From positions 71,348 through 135,347 of the forward strand of contig JANQNE010000012.1 of the NCBI GenBank assembly GCA_028279725.1: a stretch of 64,000 nt of DNA. The letters are read 5' to 3'. Below the pieces are notes generated by a model. That model ran no database searches and was not told the origin of the DNA. It was given only the letters and a program-made list of their open reading frames with translations. This DNA is from Candidatus Nanoarchaeia archaeon. Lineage in GTDB: Archaea; Nanobdellota; Nanobdellia; Woesearchaeales; JANQNE01. The position numbers were made by a program, and so were the translations under genes. Below, one piece after another: positions 55,414-64,000 of this stretch; within the stretch, counting starts at the first letter, position 1; each line of letters starts with the position of its first letter.

Positions 55414-56841
55414 ATGATTAATTTATCAGGAAGGATTATAGAATCTGAAGAAATTGAGAAAGTAAAAATAGATAAGAAAGATAGGAAGATATTGGCCCTA
55501 TTATCTGAAAACAGCAGAGTAGCTCTTTCTGAGATAGCTAAAAAGGTTAAATTATCAAGGGATGCTGTTGACTATAGGATAAGAAGACTGCAGAACAAAA
55601 GGGTGTTGTTGAAGGCAATCCCTGTTATAACTTTGAAGAAATTTGGCTATTATCAGTTCCATACTTTTATGCTTCTTGATGAATCAGAGCCAGAAAAGAA
55701 GAAGAAATTGGTTAATGAGCTGAAAAGACATCCAAGTGTAAGAAATATAATGGAATATAGTGATAGATGGGATCTTGAAGTTGTATTTTTAGCTAAGTCT
55801 GTAAAGGAATTTGATGATATGTTAACAGATCTTATAAGCAAATATCCAAGACTGATAAAAGACAAAACAACTGTTGAAGTTATAAGCAATTATAAGACAT
55901 TATATATGCCTCATTCTTTGTATGAAGAGGTTGAGCCTAGTGTAAAGGAGCAGATAAGTGATGAAGAAGTTGAGGTTGATGAGAAGGATATACACATCAT
56001 AAATATATTATCACAAGACGGAAGGCAGTCAACATATAAGATAGCTGAGAAAGTTGACCTTAGTCCTGATGCTGTGAGTTACAGGATAAAGAAATTAATT
56101 GAGAAGAAGGTTATCAACAAGTTCAGTACAATAATTAATCTGAGCAAGATAGGGCAGCATTGGTTTACTGTTGCAGTGAATTTTACAGCTATGGACAAGA
56201 AGATAGAGATGAAGTTTAAGGAGTTTGTCTCAAATAATAAGAATGTTATCAGAGCTGTGAAAGTACACGGACAGTGGGATGTGCTGCTTTATGTTGTTTG
56301 TGACGGAGCTGTAAGCTTCCATTCAACAATAAGGGAGATAAAGAGAGAGTTTGCTGATGTTATAAAGAATTATGAGACATGGGTTGCTTACAGAGAACAT
56401 GTTTATACTTGCTTTCCAAGAGTTCTTCGTGCTACTGAAAATATAACAAAAGTTTTGGTGTTTGGAACTTTTGATATTTTGCATCCAGGACATATTAAAT
56501 TATTCAGGGAAGCTAAGAAGTATGGAGATTATCTTACAGTTGTTGTTGCAAGAGACAAGACTGTGAAGGAAGTTAAAGATAGGGAGCCAAAGTACACTGA
56601 AGATGAAAGATTAGCTCATGTGAGTGAGATGAATGTTGTGGATCAGGCAATATTGGGAAGTGAGTATGACAAGTATGATGTTATCGAAGAAGTTAATCCT
56701 GATTTTATATGTTTAGGATATGATCAGAAGGATTTTACCTCTGATCTTGAAGATGAGATAAAGAAAAGAGGGTTAGATGTCAAGATCGTGAGGTTAAAGC
56801 CGTATAAAGAAGATAAGTTTAAGAGCAGCAAGCTAAAGTAG
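55414..56841 (+). CDS. Fusion of tandem Lrp/AsnC regulator units with an archaeal FAD synthetase (RibL-like cytidylyltransferase)
   Basis: Two HTH+RAM units (IDKKDRKIL..., VDEKDIHII...), then FGTFDILHPGH, VVARD, LGYDQ, FKSSKLK. Confidence 0.88.
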   Translation: MINLSGRIIESEEIEKVKIDKKDRKILALLSENSRVALSEIAKKVKLSRDAVDYRIRRLQNKRVLLKAIPVITLKKFGYYQFHTFMLLDESEPEKKKKLVNELKRHPSVRNIMEYSDRWDLEVVFLAKSVKEFDDMLTDLISKYPRLIKDKTTVEVISNYKTLYMPHSLYEEVEPSVKEQISDEEVEVDEKDIHIINILSQDGRQSTYKIAEKVDLSPDAVSYRIKKLIEKKVINKFSTIINLSKIGQHWFTVAVNFTAMDKKIEMKFKEFVSNNKNVIRAVKVHGQWDVLLYVVCDGAVSFHSTIREIKREFADVIKNYETWVAYREHVYTCFPRVLRATENITKVLVFGTFDILHPGHIKLFREAKKYGDYLTVVVARDKTVKEVKDREPKYTEDERLAHVSEMNVVDQAILGSEYDKYDVIEEVNPDFICLGYDQKDFTSDLEDEIKKRGLDVKIVRLKPYKEDKFKSSKLK

Positions 56842-57657
56842 GACTGATTCTAGAATGTTTTTACTGTTGTTTATTTCTTCTTTAGTCCATGCTTTCCCTT
56901 CAATGACGAATAAGCGATCTTTCAGTCTTTTTGGGATGTTGCTTACTAGTTCTTTGTTTGGCAATGGGAGATGGTTGTCCCAATCTCCTTCATTATAATG
57001 TATATGGAACTGGAAAATATGATCTTTCATCTTTTCTAATGCTTCTTTTAGATTGAAGTTTAGTTTGTTTGATGCGATGTTTAGATGGCCTAAGTCAAGA
57101 AGAAATCCTGCATTCTTTTTCCCTATAGCTTTATGGAGTTTTAGAAGATCTTCTGGTCTTGAGAAGTACATCTCTCTGTCCATTGATGAATGATTTTCAA
57201 AAGCTATCTTTAACCCATAGCTGTCTGCATATTCGGCTAGTTCGATTATTGAGTTTTTTGTGTTATTGAATATAGTTTCGTTGCTGCTCTTTTTTCCTTC
57301 TTTTGGCATTGCCATATGATCAACTTCACATTCATAACCTGTGTGAATCGAGTACATGAGAGCATCTATCTTTCTGCAGAACTCTAATGAATTTTTTGAG
57401 AAGCTGATGTATTTTTTCAAGAGTTCTGGGTCGTCTGAGCCGAAGTTAAGCATCATCGGTGGTGTTGAAGGTGGAAAGAATGCGTGCACTGTGAAATTTG
57501 TGTTGTTTTCTTTCTTGAACTGGATTATCTTGTTTAGATCACCTACTGGCTTGTGGAAAGCTCCTATCTCTATGTTGTTTATGTTAATATCTTTGAAGAA
57601 ATCTAATGCTTTGTGGATATCTCTCTGTCCTGAAGATGATGTAGATACTAATATCAT
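56833..57657 (-). CDS. Sugar-phosphate isomerase/epimerase (AP endonuclease 2 TIM barrel)
   Basis: VHA, SIHTG, IAFEN, LLDLGH, FHIH.N..WDNHLP, VIE. Confidence 0.88.
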   Translation of the reverse strand: MILVSTSSSGQRDIHKALDFFKDININNIEIGAFHKPVGDLNKIIQFKKENNTNFTVHAFFPPSTPPMMLNFGSDDPELLKKYISFSKNSLEFCRKIDALMYSIHTGYECEVDHMAMPKEGKKSSNETIFNNTKNSIIELAEYADSYGLKIAFENHSSMDREMYFSRPEDLLKLHKAIGKKNAGFLLDLGHLNIASNKLNFNLKEALEKMKDHIFQFHIHYNEGDWDNHLPLPNKELVSNIPKRLKDRLFVIEGKAWTKEEINNSKNILESVLL

Positions 57658-57767
57658 GTGTTTACGGATTTCAACTTGATATATAAGTTTTTGTATTGAT
57701 AAGCGATTACTGCAGAACAATAAAGCTTAAAAATGGAATGGGATTCTGTTTTTAGTGTAGAAACTTG

Positions 57768-57887
57768 ATGGTTGAAGTGATTAAGAACGGTTGTCCTCTC
57801 TGTGGAGGAGAGGTCAAAGGAAACAAGAAAGTAAAATACTATTGTAAGCACTGTCATATGCTGTTTACAAGAGTGAGTAGAAAATGA
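57768..57887 (+). CDS. Small zinc-ribbon protein (39 aa)
   Basis: MVEVIKNGCPLCGG...YYCKHC, ATGA overlap with nadM. Not in the ORF track. Confidence 0.75.
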   Translation: MVEVIKNGCPLCGGEVKGNKKVKYYCKHCHMLFTRVSRK

Positions 57888-58381
57888 AGACTGCACTTTT
57901 TGTCGGAAGATTTCAACCGATGCATAATGCGCATCTTGAAGTTATTAAAAGAGTTATTTCTGAAGGTTATAGGCTTATTGTTGGAATTGGCAGAGCTCAG
58001 GAAAGCAGGACTTCCCTGAATCCATTTACAGCTGAAGAAAGGGAGGAGATGGTCAGAGGTGTTTTAGAGTCTGAAGGAATTAAAGAGTATAGGTTGATTG
58101 CAATCCCTGACAAGAAGGAGGATGAAGACTGGATGGATCATGTAGGGCATATCTGTCCTGATTTTGATGTTGTTTTTTCTGGCAATCCTGACACTAAGAA
58201 ATGTTTTTCTGGGAGCAAGTATGAAGTTGTTGATGTTGAATTAAAAGAAGGTATAAGTTCTTCTGAAGTTCGTAGAAGGATTGCTTTGAAAGAAGACTTT
58301 AAGTCGTTGGTTCATCCTTTTGTGTATGATTATATTGAAAAGTTTGGTGTTGGTCGGTTGATGAAGATCATAAGTGAATAA
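57884..58381 (+). CDS. nadM: Nicotinamide-nucleotide adenylyltransferase
   Basis: FVGRFQPMHNAH, NPFTAEER, SGNP, ISSSEVRRRI. Confidence 0.92.
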   Translation: MKTALFVGRFQPMHNAHLEVIKRVISEGYRLIVGIGRAQESRTSLNPFTAEEREEMVRGVLESEGIKEYRLIAIPDKKEDEDWMDHVGHICPDFDVVFSGNPDTKKCFSGSKYEVVDVELKEGISSSEVRRRIALKEDFKSLVHPFVYDYIEKFGVGRLMKIISE

Positions 58382-58417
58382 GATTCACTTAGGTTTGTAA
58401 AACCAAGATTTCACAAA

Positions 58418-59524
58418 CTATTCAAGAATCCGTTTAAAGAAAGATTTCTTTGTTTTTATGTCTTTGTCGAATTGTTTTATGAGTTCTTTCTGTTTTTTTG
58501 TGAGCTTTTCCGGAGTTTGTACAATAACTTTAACGAATTCAGAGCCTTTTCCGTATCCATGCAATGAAGGGATGCCTTTATTTTTCATCCTGAATAATGT
58601 GTCTGTCTGAGTTCCTGCTGGGATCTTTAGTTTTGCTGTTCCTTTTAGAGTTGGAACTTCTATCTCATCTCCTAAGCAAGCCTGTGCAAATGAGATTGGG
58701 ATGCTGATGTAGATGTCATTGCCATCTCTTTCGAATGTGTCATGCTCCTGTACATGAATTACTACATATAGATCTCCTGAAGGTGCTCCTTTGTATCCTG
58801 CTTCACCTTCTCCTTTTACTCTTAGTTTTGTTCCTGTTTCAACTCCAGCTGGAATTTCTATCTCTATTTTTTGATTTTTTTGTATACGTCCTTCTCCATC
58901 ACATACTGGACAAGGATTTTTTATTGTTTTTCCTTCTCCACGGCATCTTGAGCATGTAGTTGACTGCTGGAATATTCCAAATGGTGTTCTTCTTGTTGTC
59001 TTCTCTACTCCTGAACCATTGCAGGTGTCGCATGTCTTAATATCTGAAGCTGACTGAGCTCCTGAACCATCACATTTTGTACATGTTGCCATCCTTGGAA
59101 TTACTATGTGTTTTTTATCTCCTTCAGCTGCTTCTTCTAATGTAATTTCCAGATCATATCTTAGATCATGGCCTCTTTTCTGTCTTGATCTTCTTCTCTG
59201 ACCACCTCCAAAGAACTGGTCAAAGATATCTCCCATGTCAAAGCTTCCTCCGCTCATAAAATCTGAGAAATCAAATCCTGCTCCGCCTTGTCCGCCAAAG
59301 CCTCCACTCATATCAGCTGTTCCAAACTGATCATAGTTTGCTCTTTTCTGGTCATCTCCTAAGACAGCGGCAGCTTCGCTTACTTCTTTGAACTTTTCAG
59401 CTGCACCATCTTCCTTGCTTATATCTGGATGGTATTTTTTAGCTAATCTCTTGTAAGCTCTTTTGATATCTTCTTTAGATGCGTCTTTGCTTACTCCTAG
59501 TATTTCATAGTAGTCTTTTGCCAT
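58418..59524 (-). CDS. dnaJ: Chaperone DnaJ
   Basis: J-domain HPD, G/F region, four CxxCxGxG. Confidence 0.98.
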   Translation of the reverse strand: MAKDYYEILGVSKDASKEDIKRAYKRLAKKYHPDISKEDGAAEKFKEVSEAAAVLGDDQKRANYDQFGTADMSGGFGGQGGAGFDFSDFMSGGSFDMGDIFDQFFGGGQRRRSRQKRGHDLRYDLEITLEEAAEGDKKHIVIPRMATCTKCDGSGAQSASDIKTCDTCNGSGVEKTTRRTPFGIFQQSTTCSRCRGEGKTIKNPCPVCDGEGRIQKNQKIEIEIPAGVETGTKLRVKGEGEAGYKGAPSGDLYVVIHVQEHDTFERDGNDIYISIPISFAQACLGDEIEVPTLKGTAKLKIPAGTQTDTLFRMKNKGIPSLHGYGKGSEFVKVIVQTPEKLTKKQKELIKQFDKDIKTKKSFFKRILE

Positions 59525-59525
59525 T

Positions 59526-60218
59526 TTAGTTAGTTGTGTGTCTTCTTGCTATTGCAATAGGTGTTCTTAGTATTGTGTACAAATCTGTGAGGAATGCGTT
59601 ACCATTCTGATATCTTCTTACATATAGTTTATCATAAGACCGGTCATACTTGATCTTTCCTCTTTTTGCTATATTTACCTGAGATAATCCTGTAATCCCT
59701 GGAGGACATGATATCTTTTCCTGGCCATAGTTAAGAGCTTCGAAATAGCCTTTTGTAGTAGGTCTTGGACCTACGATGCTCATATCTCCCTTAAGGACGT
59801 TTAGTAGTTGAGGAAGCTCGTCTATCTTTGTTCTTCTTAGGAATTTTCCCACTCTTGTAGCTCTTGAATCTGTGATTCCATCTAACTTTTCCTGGAAAAG
59901 ATGCCTGTATGAATCTAGAGTGTAATCATTGTGGTAGTCTGTCCTTTTCAGAGTTCTCATCTTGTATAATGTGAACTCTTTTCCTCCTTCACCTAATCTT
60001 TTTTCTCTGTATATTGCAGGTCCTTTTGAGTCTAATTTTATAGCTGCCAGGGAGAGAGCAATTAAAGGGGATGTTGCTATCAGTCCTACTGTTGCTAAAG
60101 GAATATCAATTGCATATCTTTTCAGAAATCTGTCTACTTTTATCTTTAGAGCTTTGTTGGATTCTATCTTTTCCATGCTTCTTGCTACTTCTGCATCTAA
60201 AGTGATTCCGTTTCCCAT
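59526..60218 (-). CDS. Monotopic phosphoglycosyl transferase (bacterial sugar transferase family)
   Basis: YKMRT, GKFLRRTKIDELPQL, GDMSIVGPRP, PGITGLSQV. Confidence 0.92.
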   Translation of the reverse strand: MGNGITLDAEVARSMEKIESNKALKIKVDRFLKRYAIDIPLATVGLIATSPLIALSLAAIKLDSKGPAIYREKRLGEGGKEFTLYKMRTLKRTDYHNDYTLDSYRHLFQEKLDGITDSRATRVGKFLRRTKIDELPQLLNVLKGDMSIVGPRPTTKGYFEALNYGQEKISCPPGITGLSQVNIAKRGKIKYDRSYDKLYVRRYQNGNAFLTDLYTILRTPIAIARRHTTN

Positions 60219-60276
60219 GTTACCTCTTGTTTTAAGTTAGTTTTTAAAAGTATCTAAAAAATAAAAAAACAGGAGA

Positions 60277-62130
60277 TTACTTCTTTTCTCCTTCTTCTTT
60301 GAAGTTTGCGTCAACAACTTTCTCGTCTTTCTTGCCTTTTTCTTCTTTTGGCGCTTCTGCTTTCTGCTTCTCTGCTGCTGCTTTTTGGTAAAGCTCTGTT
60401 GCTGCTTCCTGTGCGATCTTGTTGATCTCTTCGACTTTCTTTTTTATCGCTTCTATGTCTTTCTTTTCAGGCTTCATCAATTCTTTAAGTCCATCGATCA
60501 TCTTCTTTAGAGGATCTAGCTTAGCCTTGTCAACTTTTCCTTCCATCTCTTTCATGGTCTTTTCTGTAGAGTAGATCAAAGTGTCAGCCTGGTTGATTGT
60601 CTCTGCTTCTTCTTTTCTCTTGTTGTCTTCGTCTGCATGTGCTTCTGCATCTTTCTTCATCTTTTCTATGTCTTCATCTGAAAGTTTCTGGTTTGCTGTG
60701 ATCCTTATGGACTGTTCTTTGTTTGTTCCAAGATCTTTTGCAGTTACATGGACGATTCCGTTTGCATCGATATCAAAAGTTACCTCAATCTGAGGAACTC
60801 CTCTTGGTGCTGGCGGAATTCCAACTAAGTCGAATCTTCCTAAGCTTGTGTTGTCAGATGACATCGGCCTTTCTCCCTGCAGTACATTGATAGTTACTGC
60901 TGGCTGATTGTCTGCAGCTGTTGAAAAGATCTGTGATTTCTTTGTAGGAACTGTGGTGTTTCTTTCGATCAGAGGTGTTCTCACTCCCCCTAATGTCTCG
61001 ATTCCTAATGTTAATGGTGTTACGTCTAGTAAAAGTACATCTTTTACATCTCCTGCAAGAACTCCTGCCTGGATAGCTGCTCCCATAGCAACACATTCCA
61101 TAGGATCTATTCCACGCTCTACTTTCTTTCCTACAATATCTTCTACAAACTTCTGGACAATCGGCATCCTTGTAGGCCCTCCTACCAAGATTATCTTGTC
61201 TATGTCGTTTGGTGTCAGTTTTGCATCACTTAGAGCTTTTTCTAAAGGATGTTTACATTTCTTTACAATGTCATCAACTAGCTGCTCTAGTTTTGCTCTT
61301 GTCAGTTTGTATTGGAAATGTTTTGGTCCTTGGTCATTTGCTGTAATAAATGGCAAGTTAATCTCTGATTCAAGAACTGTTGAAAGTTCTATCTTTGCTT
61401 TTTCAGCAGCTTCTCTTAATCTCTGCATAGCTGTTGCATCATTGCTTAGATCAATCCCTTCTGCATTCTTGAATTCTTCAACAAGGAAGTCAACTATAAC
61501 GTTGTCCATGTCAGTTCCACCTAGTTGAGTGTCTCCTGATGTGGATTTAACCTCGAAGACTCCATCTCCAAAATCCATTATTGTAACGTCTAAAGTTCCT
61601 CCTCCTAGGTCGAATACGAGGATCTTCTGTTCTTTTCCTTTTTTGTCCAGACCATAAGCTAAAGATGCTGCTGTTGGTTCGTTTACAATCCTTATTACTT
61701 CTAATCCAGCGATAGAACCTGCGTCTTTTGTAGCCTGTCTTTGGTTGTCATCAAAATATGCGGGAACAGTGATTACTGCTTTCTCTACCTTATCCCCTAA
61801 GAAAGATTCTGCGTCTTTCTTTATCTTCTGCAGGATAAATGCAGATATCTGCTGCGGTGTGTATTCTTTTCCGTGTATATTGTATTTATGGGTTGTACCC
61901 ATCTTTCTTTTTGCTGCTGTAATTGTCCCTTCTGGATTTGAGACTGCTTGTCTTCTTGCTGGCTCTCCGACTAGCATCTGATGCTCTTTTGTAAAAGCGA
62001 CGAAACTAGGGAAAGCTTTTCCATACTGGGATGCTCCCTCAGCGCTTGGGATTATCTTTGGTTTTCCTGCTTCCAGAACAGCTGCTGCTGAGTTAGAAGT
62101 TCCTAGATCTATTCCGATTATTTTAGGCAT
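60277..62130 (-). CDS. dnaK: Chaperone DnaK (Hsp70)
   Basis: [41 protein letters not shown]. Confidence 0.99.
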   Translation of the reverse strand: MPKIIGIDLGTSNSAAAVLEAGKPKIIPSAEGASQYGKAFPSFVAFTKEHQMLVGEPARRQAVSNPEGTITAAKRKMGTTHKYNIHGKEYTPQQISAFILQKIKKDAESFLGDKVEKAVITVPAYFDDNQRQATKDAGSIAGLEVIRIVNEPTAASLAYGLDKKGKEQKILVFDLGGGTLDVTIMDFGDGVFEVKSTSGDTQLGGTDMDNVIVDFLVEEFKNAEGIDLSNDATAMQRLREAAEKAKIELSTVLESEINLPFITANDQGPKHFQYKLTRAKLEQLVDDIVKKCKHPLEKALSDAKLTPNDIDKIILVGGPTRMPIVQKFVEDIVGKKVERGIDPMECVAMGAAIQAGVLAGDVKDVLLLDVTPLTLGIETLGGVRTPLIERNTTVPTKKSQIFSTAADNQPAVTINVLQGERPMSSDNTSLGRFDLVGIPPAPRGVPQIEVTFDIDANGIVHVTAKDLGTNKEQSIRITANQKLSDEDIEKMKKDAEAHADEDNKRKEEAETINQADTLIYSTEKTMKEMEGKVDKAKLDPLKKMIDGLKELMKPEKKDIEAIKKKVEEINKIAQEAATELYQKAAAEKQKAEAPKEEKGKKDEKVVDANFKEEGEKK

Positions 62131-62446
62131 TTTTTTCTACCTCCTTCAATGCTTGTTTTCTTAATTCATCAACTCTTTCTTCTTTGAGGATCTTTTTTGG
62201 AGCTTTGTCTTTTGTAAGCTCTATGACCTCAAACAATTTTACAAGCTTGTTAAGCTTGAAATTATCAAAATCTCTGATGCAGCCCATAGCTTCATATAAA
62301 GCGAAGTCTGATGTAACTAGCTGTATCTCTGAGGATTTGCATAGTACTAGAGTTTCCAATTCATCGTTGTCTGTTATCAAGTATCTTAGTATCGCTTCTG
62401 GAGCAAGGAATGCTTTTCTTCTTAGTTCTGTATCTTCTATGTTCAT
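62123..62446 (-). CDS. Small hypothetical protein, weakly PIN-like
   Basis: [12 protein letters not shown]..., [11 protein letters not shown]; lies between grpE and dnaK. Confidence 0.6.
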   Translation of the reverse strand: MNIEDTELRRKAFLAPEAILRYLITDNDELETLVLCKSSEIQLVTSDFALYEAMGCIRDFDNFKLNKLVKLFEVIELTKDKAPKKILKEERVDELRKQALKEVEKNA

Positions 62447-62453
62447 TTTTTAT

Positions 62454-62511
62454 CACCCATTAAAAATTTTCAATTTTTAGGGGTGCCAGAAATCTATGAT
62501 TTCTCAGCACC
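62454..62511. repeat. Tandem palindrome (REP-like) element overlapping the grpE stop
   Basis: CACCC-A-TTAAAAATT-TTC-AATTTTTAG-GGGTG then GTGC-C-AGAAATC-TAT-GATTTCT-CA-GCAC. Confidence 0.6.
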
Positions 62512-63012
62512 TTTAGCTATCTTTACTTTAGTATGTCTAAGCACCTCTTCATTAAGTATGTATCCTGTCTGAAGTTCTTCTAATATTGTGTCTTCTGGCT
62601 GGTCTGATTTTTCTGTTAACAAAACTTCGTGTTTGTATGGATCAAACTTTTCTTTTAGAGCTTTTATTTTTCTCAGTCCTTCTTCTTCTAATGTTGTGAA
62701 GAATTGTGAGTAGATCAGTTCTAATCCTTTTTTTGCTCCGTCATCTTTTGTATTTTTTAATGCTAGTTCGAATGAGTCTAAGATTGGAAGCAGTTTAGTG
62801 ATTAATTTTGCTGTTGAGTATTTTCTGAAGTCTGCGCATTCTTTGTCTGTCCTTTTTTTGTAGTTTTCGAACTCTGCCTGCAGACGCTGAAGTGTGTCTG
62901 TAAGTTGTTCTATCTCTCTACGTTTATAGATTTCCTCATTTGTCTTTCCCTCAGATTTCTCTTTTATCATCTTTTCCTGTTCCACTGTTGTTGGATGTTT
63001 TTTTGTCATCAA
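62494..63012 (-). CDS. grpE: Nucleotide exchange factor GrpE
   Basis: RLQAEFENYKKR, LLPILDSFELAL, FDPYKHE, GY.L...VLR. Confidence 0.97.
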   Translation of the reverse strand: MMTKKHPTTVEQEKMIKEKSEGKTNEEIYKRREIEQLTDTLQRLQAEFENYKKRTDKECADFRKYSTAKLITKLLPILDSFELALKNTKDDGAKKGLELIYSQFFTTLEEEGLRKIKALKEKFDPYKHEVLLTEKSDQPEDTILEELQTGYILNEEVLRHTKVKIAKGAEKS

Positions 63013-63015
63013 TGA

Positions 63016-63372
63016 TCACCCGAAATAAGATGGTGTTGTTGCTGTGTGCTCTTTGGCTTTTTTTGCAAGCTCTTTGTGTTTCTTTTCAAATTCTTTGATT
63101 GCTTTTGGCTTCTCTATCTTACCGAACTGCTTTTCATAGGCTTCCACCATCTTTGTCAGGAGCTCTATGAAAGCTTTTGCGTTGTGTGGTTCTACTAAAA
63201 TTACGTTATGTTTCAGGTTTATGTTGTGTCCTTGTTTAGACCTCATGTCAATCCTCGGAGTAACTGACTTGAAGTCAAGGACAAACTGTGTTGGGTTGAA
63301 ACTGACTGAAGCTTCGTGTGCGAAAAAAGCTTCTCCGTCGTTAATATTAACATTTAGCTGTTGTTCTGGCAT
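63016..63372 (-). CDS. DUF3467-like protein
   Basis: FAHEASVSFNPTQFVLDF...P.NAKAF...YEKQFGKI. Confidence 0.75.
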   Translation of the reverse strand: MPEQQLNVNINDGEAFFAHEASVSFNPTQFVLDFKSVTPRIDMRSKQGHNINLKHNVILVEPHNAKAFIELLTKMVEAYEKQFGKIEKPKAIKEFEKKHKELAKKAKEHTATTPSYFG

Positions 63373-63384
63373 TTTTATTCCTCC

Positions 63385-63837
63385 TTATTCTAGGACTTTT
63401 CCTAGTATGTAACATTTTTCGTTAGGCCTATAGTGTGATTTTAATTCACCTTCTACTTTGTATCCGTGGAACTTGTAGAATTTTAGGGATTCTTTTTCAA
63501 GTTCTGAAACATGGATCTCTATCTTTCCTGTTATGATCATATTCTCTGCTGTTTTTAGAAGGGCTGATCCTATCCTTTTATCCTGGAATTCTTTTTTTAC
63601 TGCAATGTGTTTAAGTCTTGATCTTTTGTGGTCTTCTGTTGAATAGTCTATCTTTACTAAGATTCCTCCGATGACTTGGTTGTCTTCTACTGCTATAAGA
63701 AGTTCTCCTTCAATGTTTTCTAAGTATTTTACTATCTCTTCTTCTGATTTGCTGAATATGTTGTGTGTCTTGAAAGTGTCTTTGTAGATCTTTGCAAGCT
63801 CGTTCAAGTCTTCCTGTTTTGCTGTTCTGATTTCCAT
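63385..63837 (-). CDS. GNAT N-acetyltransferase
   Basis: IAVKKEFQDKRIGSALL, FYKFHGY. Confidence 0.9.
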   Translation of the reverse strand: MEIRTAKQEDLNELAKIYKDTFKTHNIFSKSEEEIVKYLENIEGELLIAVEDNQVIGGILVKIDYSTEDHKRSRLKHIAVKKEFQDKRIGSALLKTAENMIITGKIEIHVSELEKESLKFYKFHGYKVEGELKSHYRPNEKCYILGKVLE

Positions 63838-63838
63838 C

Positions 63839-64000
63839 TTATCTTAATATCTTGTATGATAATATTTGTTTTAGCTTGTTTTTGCTCGGTATAAGATCCT
63901 GGAGTTTTCCTCCCTGGATCAGTTTTCCGCCAGATTCTAAGTAAATTTTGTACTGTCTTACAGATTCTGGGTCGTTTTTGTCAACAAGATAGTTTAATGT
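63839..64000 (-). CDS. C-terminal fragment of a gene entering from beyond the window
   Basis: Open frame ...TLNYLVDKND...SYKILR* ending 1 nt before the GNAT ATG. Confidence 0.55.
   Translation of the reverse strand, partial: TLNYLVDKNDPESVRQYKIYLESGGKLIQGGKLQDLIPSKNKLKQILSYKILR

Overview
AT-rich archaeal chromosomal segment, most consistent with a DPANN lineage such as Woesearchaeota (inference). Supporting signs are rpl15e, CCA-less archaeal tRNAs, TATA-type promoters, TrmB/Lrp/KaiC-like proteins, bacterial-type grpE-dnaK-dnaJ, ITGxxV membrane proteins and a giant Cys-rich PGF-pre-PGF surface protein. No CRISPR, rRNA or transposase was seen. Housekeeping genes: rad50, ppsA, pyk, rpl15e, polyprenyl synthase, nadM, dnaJ, dnaK, grpE, tRNA-Gln(CTG). 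Most notable observations: (1) a tRNA at 26527-26684 reads as Asn(GTT) if spliced naively, but it has Tyr acceptor identity and a strict BHB motif at 35/36, implying two introns and a 2-nt micro-exon that builds GTA; (2) a free-standing LAGLIDADG gene lies between that tRNA and a duplicated tRNA 3' fragment; (3) an identical 18-bp direct-repeat motif sits at the same promoter position before the LAGLIDADG gene and radC; (4) three tandem geranylgeranyl-reductase-like flavoenzymes precede a V4R-like sensor/APH-type kinase fusion and a PHP phosphoesterase; (5) an AlaDH-like/2x ATP-grasp/2x GATase/GNAT cluster lies between ppsA and pyk; (6) an enlarged MinD/FlhG-like ATPase heads an operon of three unknown membrane or secreted proteins; (7) a double-Lrp/FAD synthetase fusion. 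All family calls come from motif recognition by eye, not database searches.
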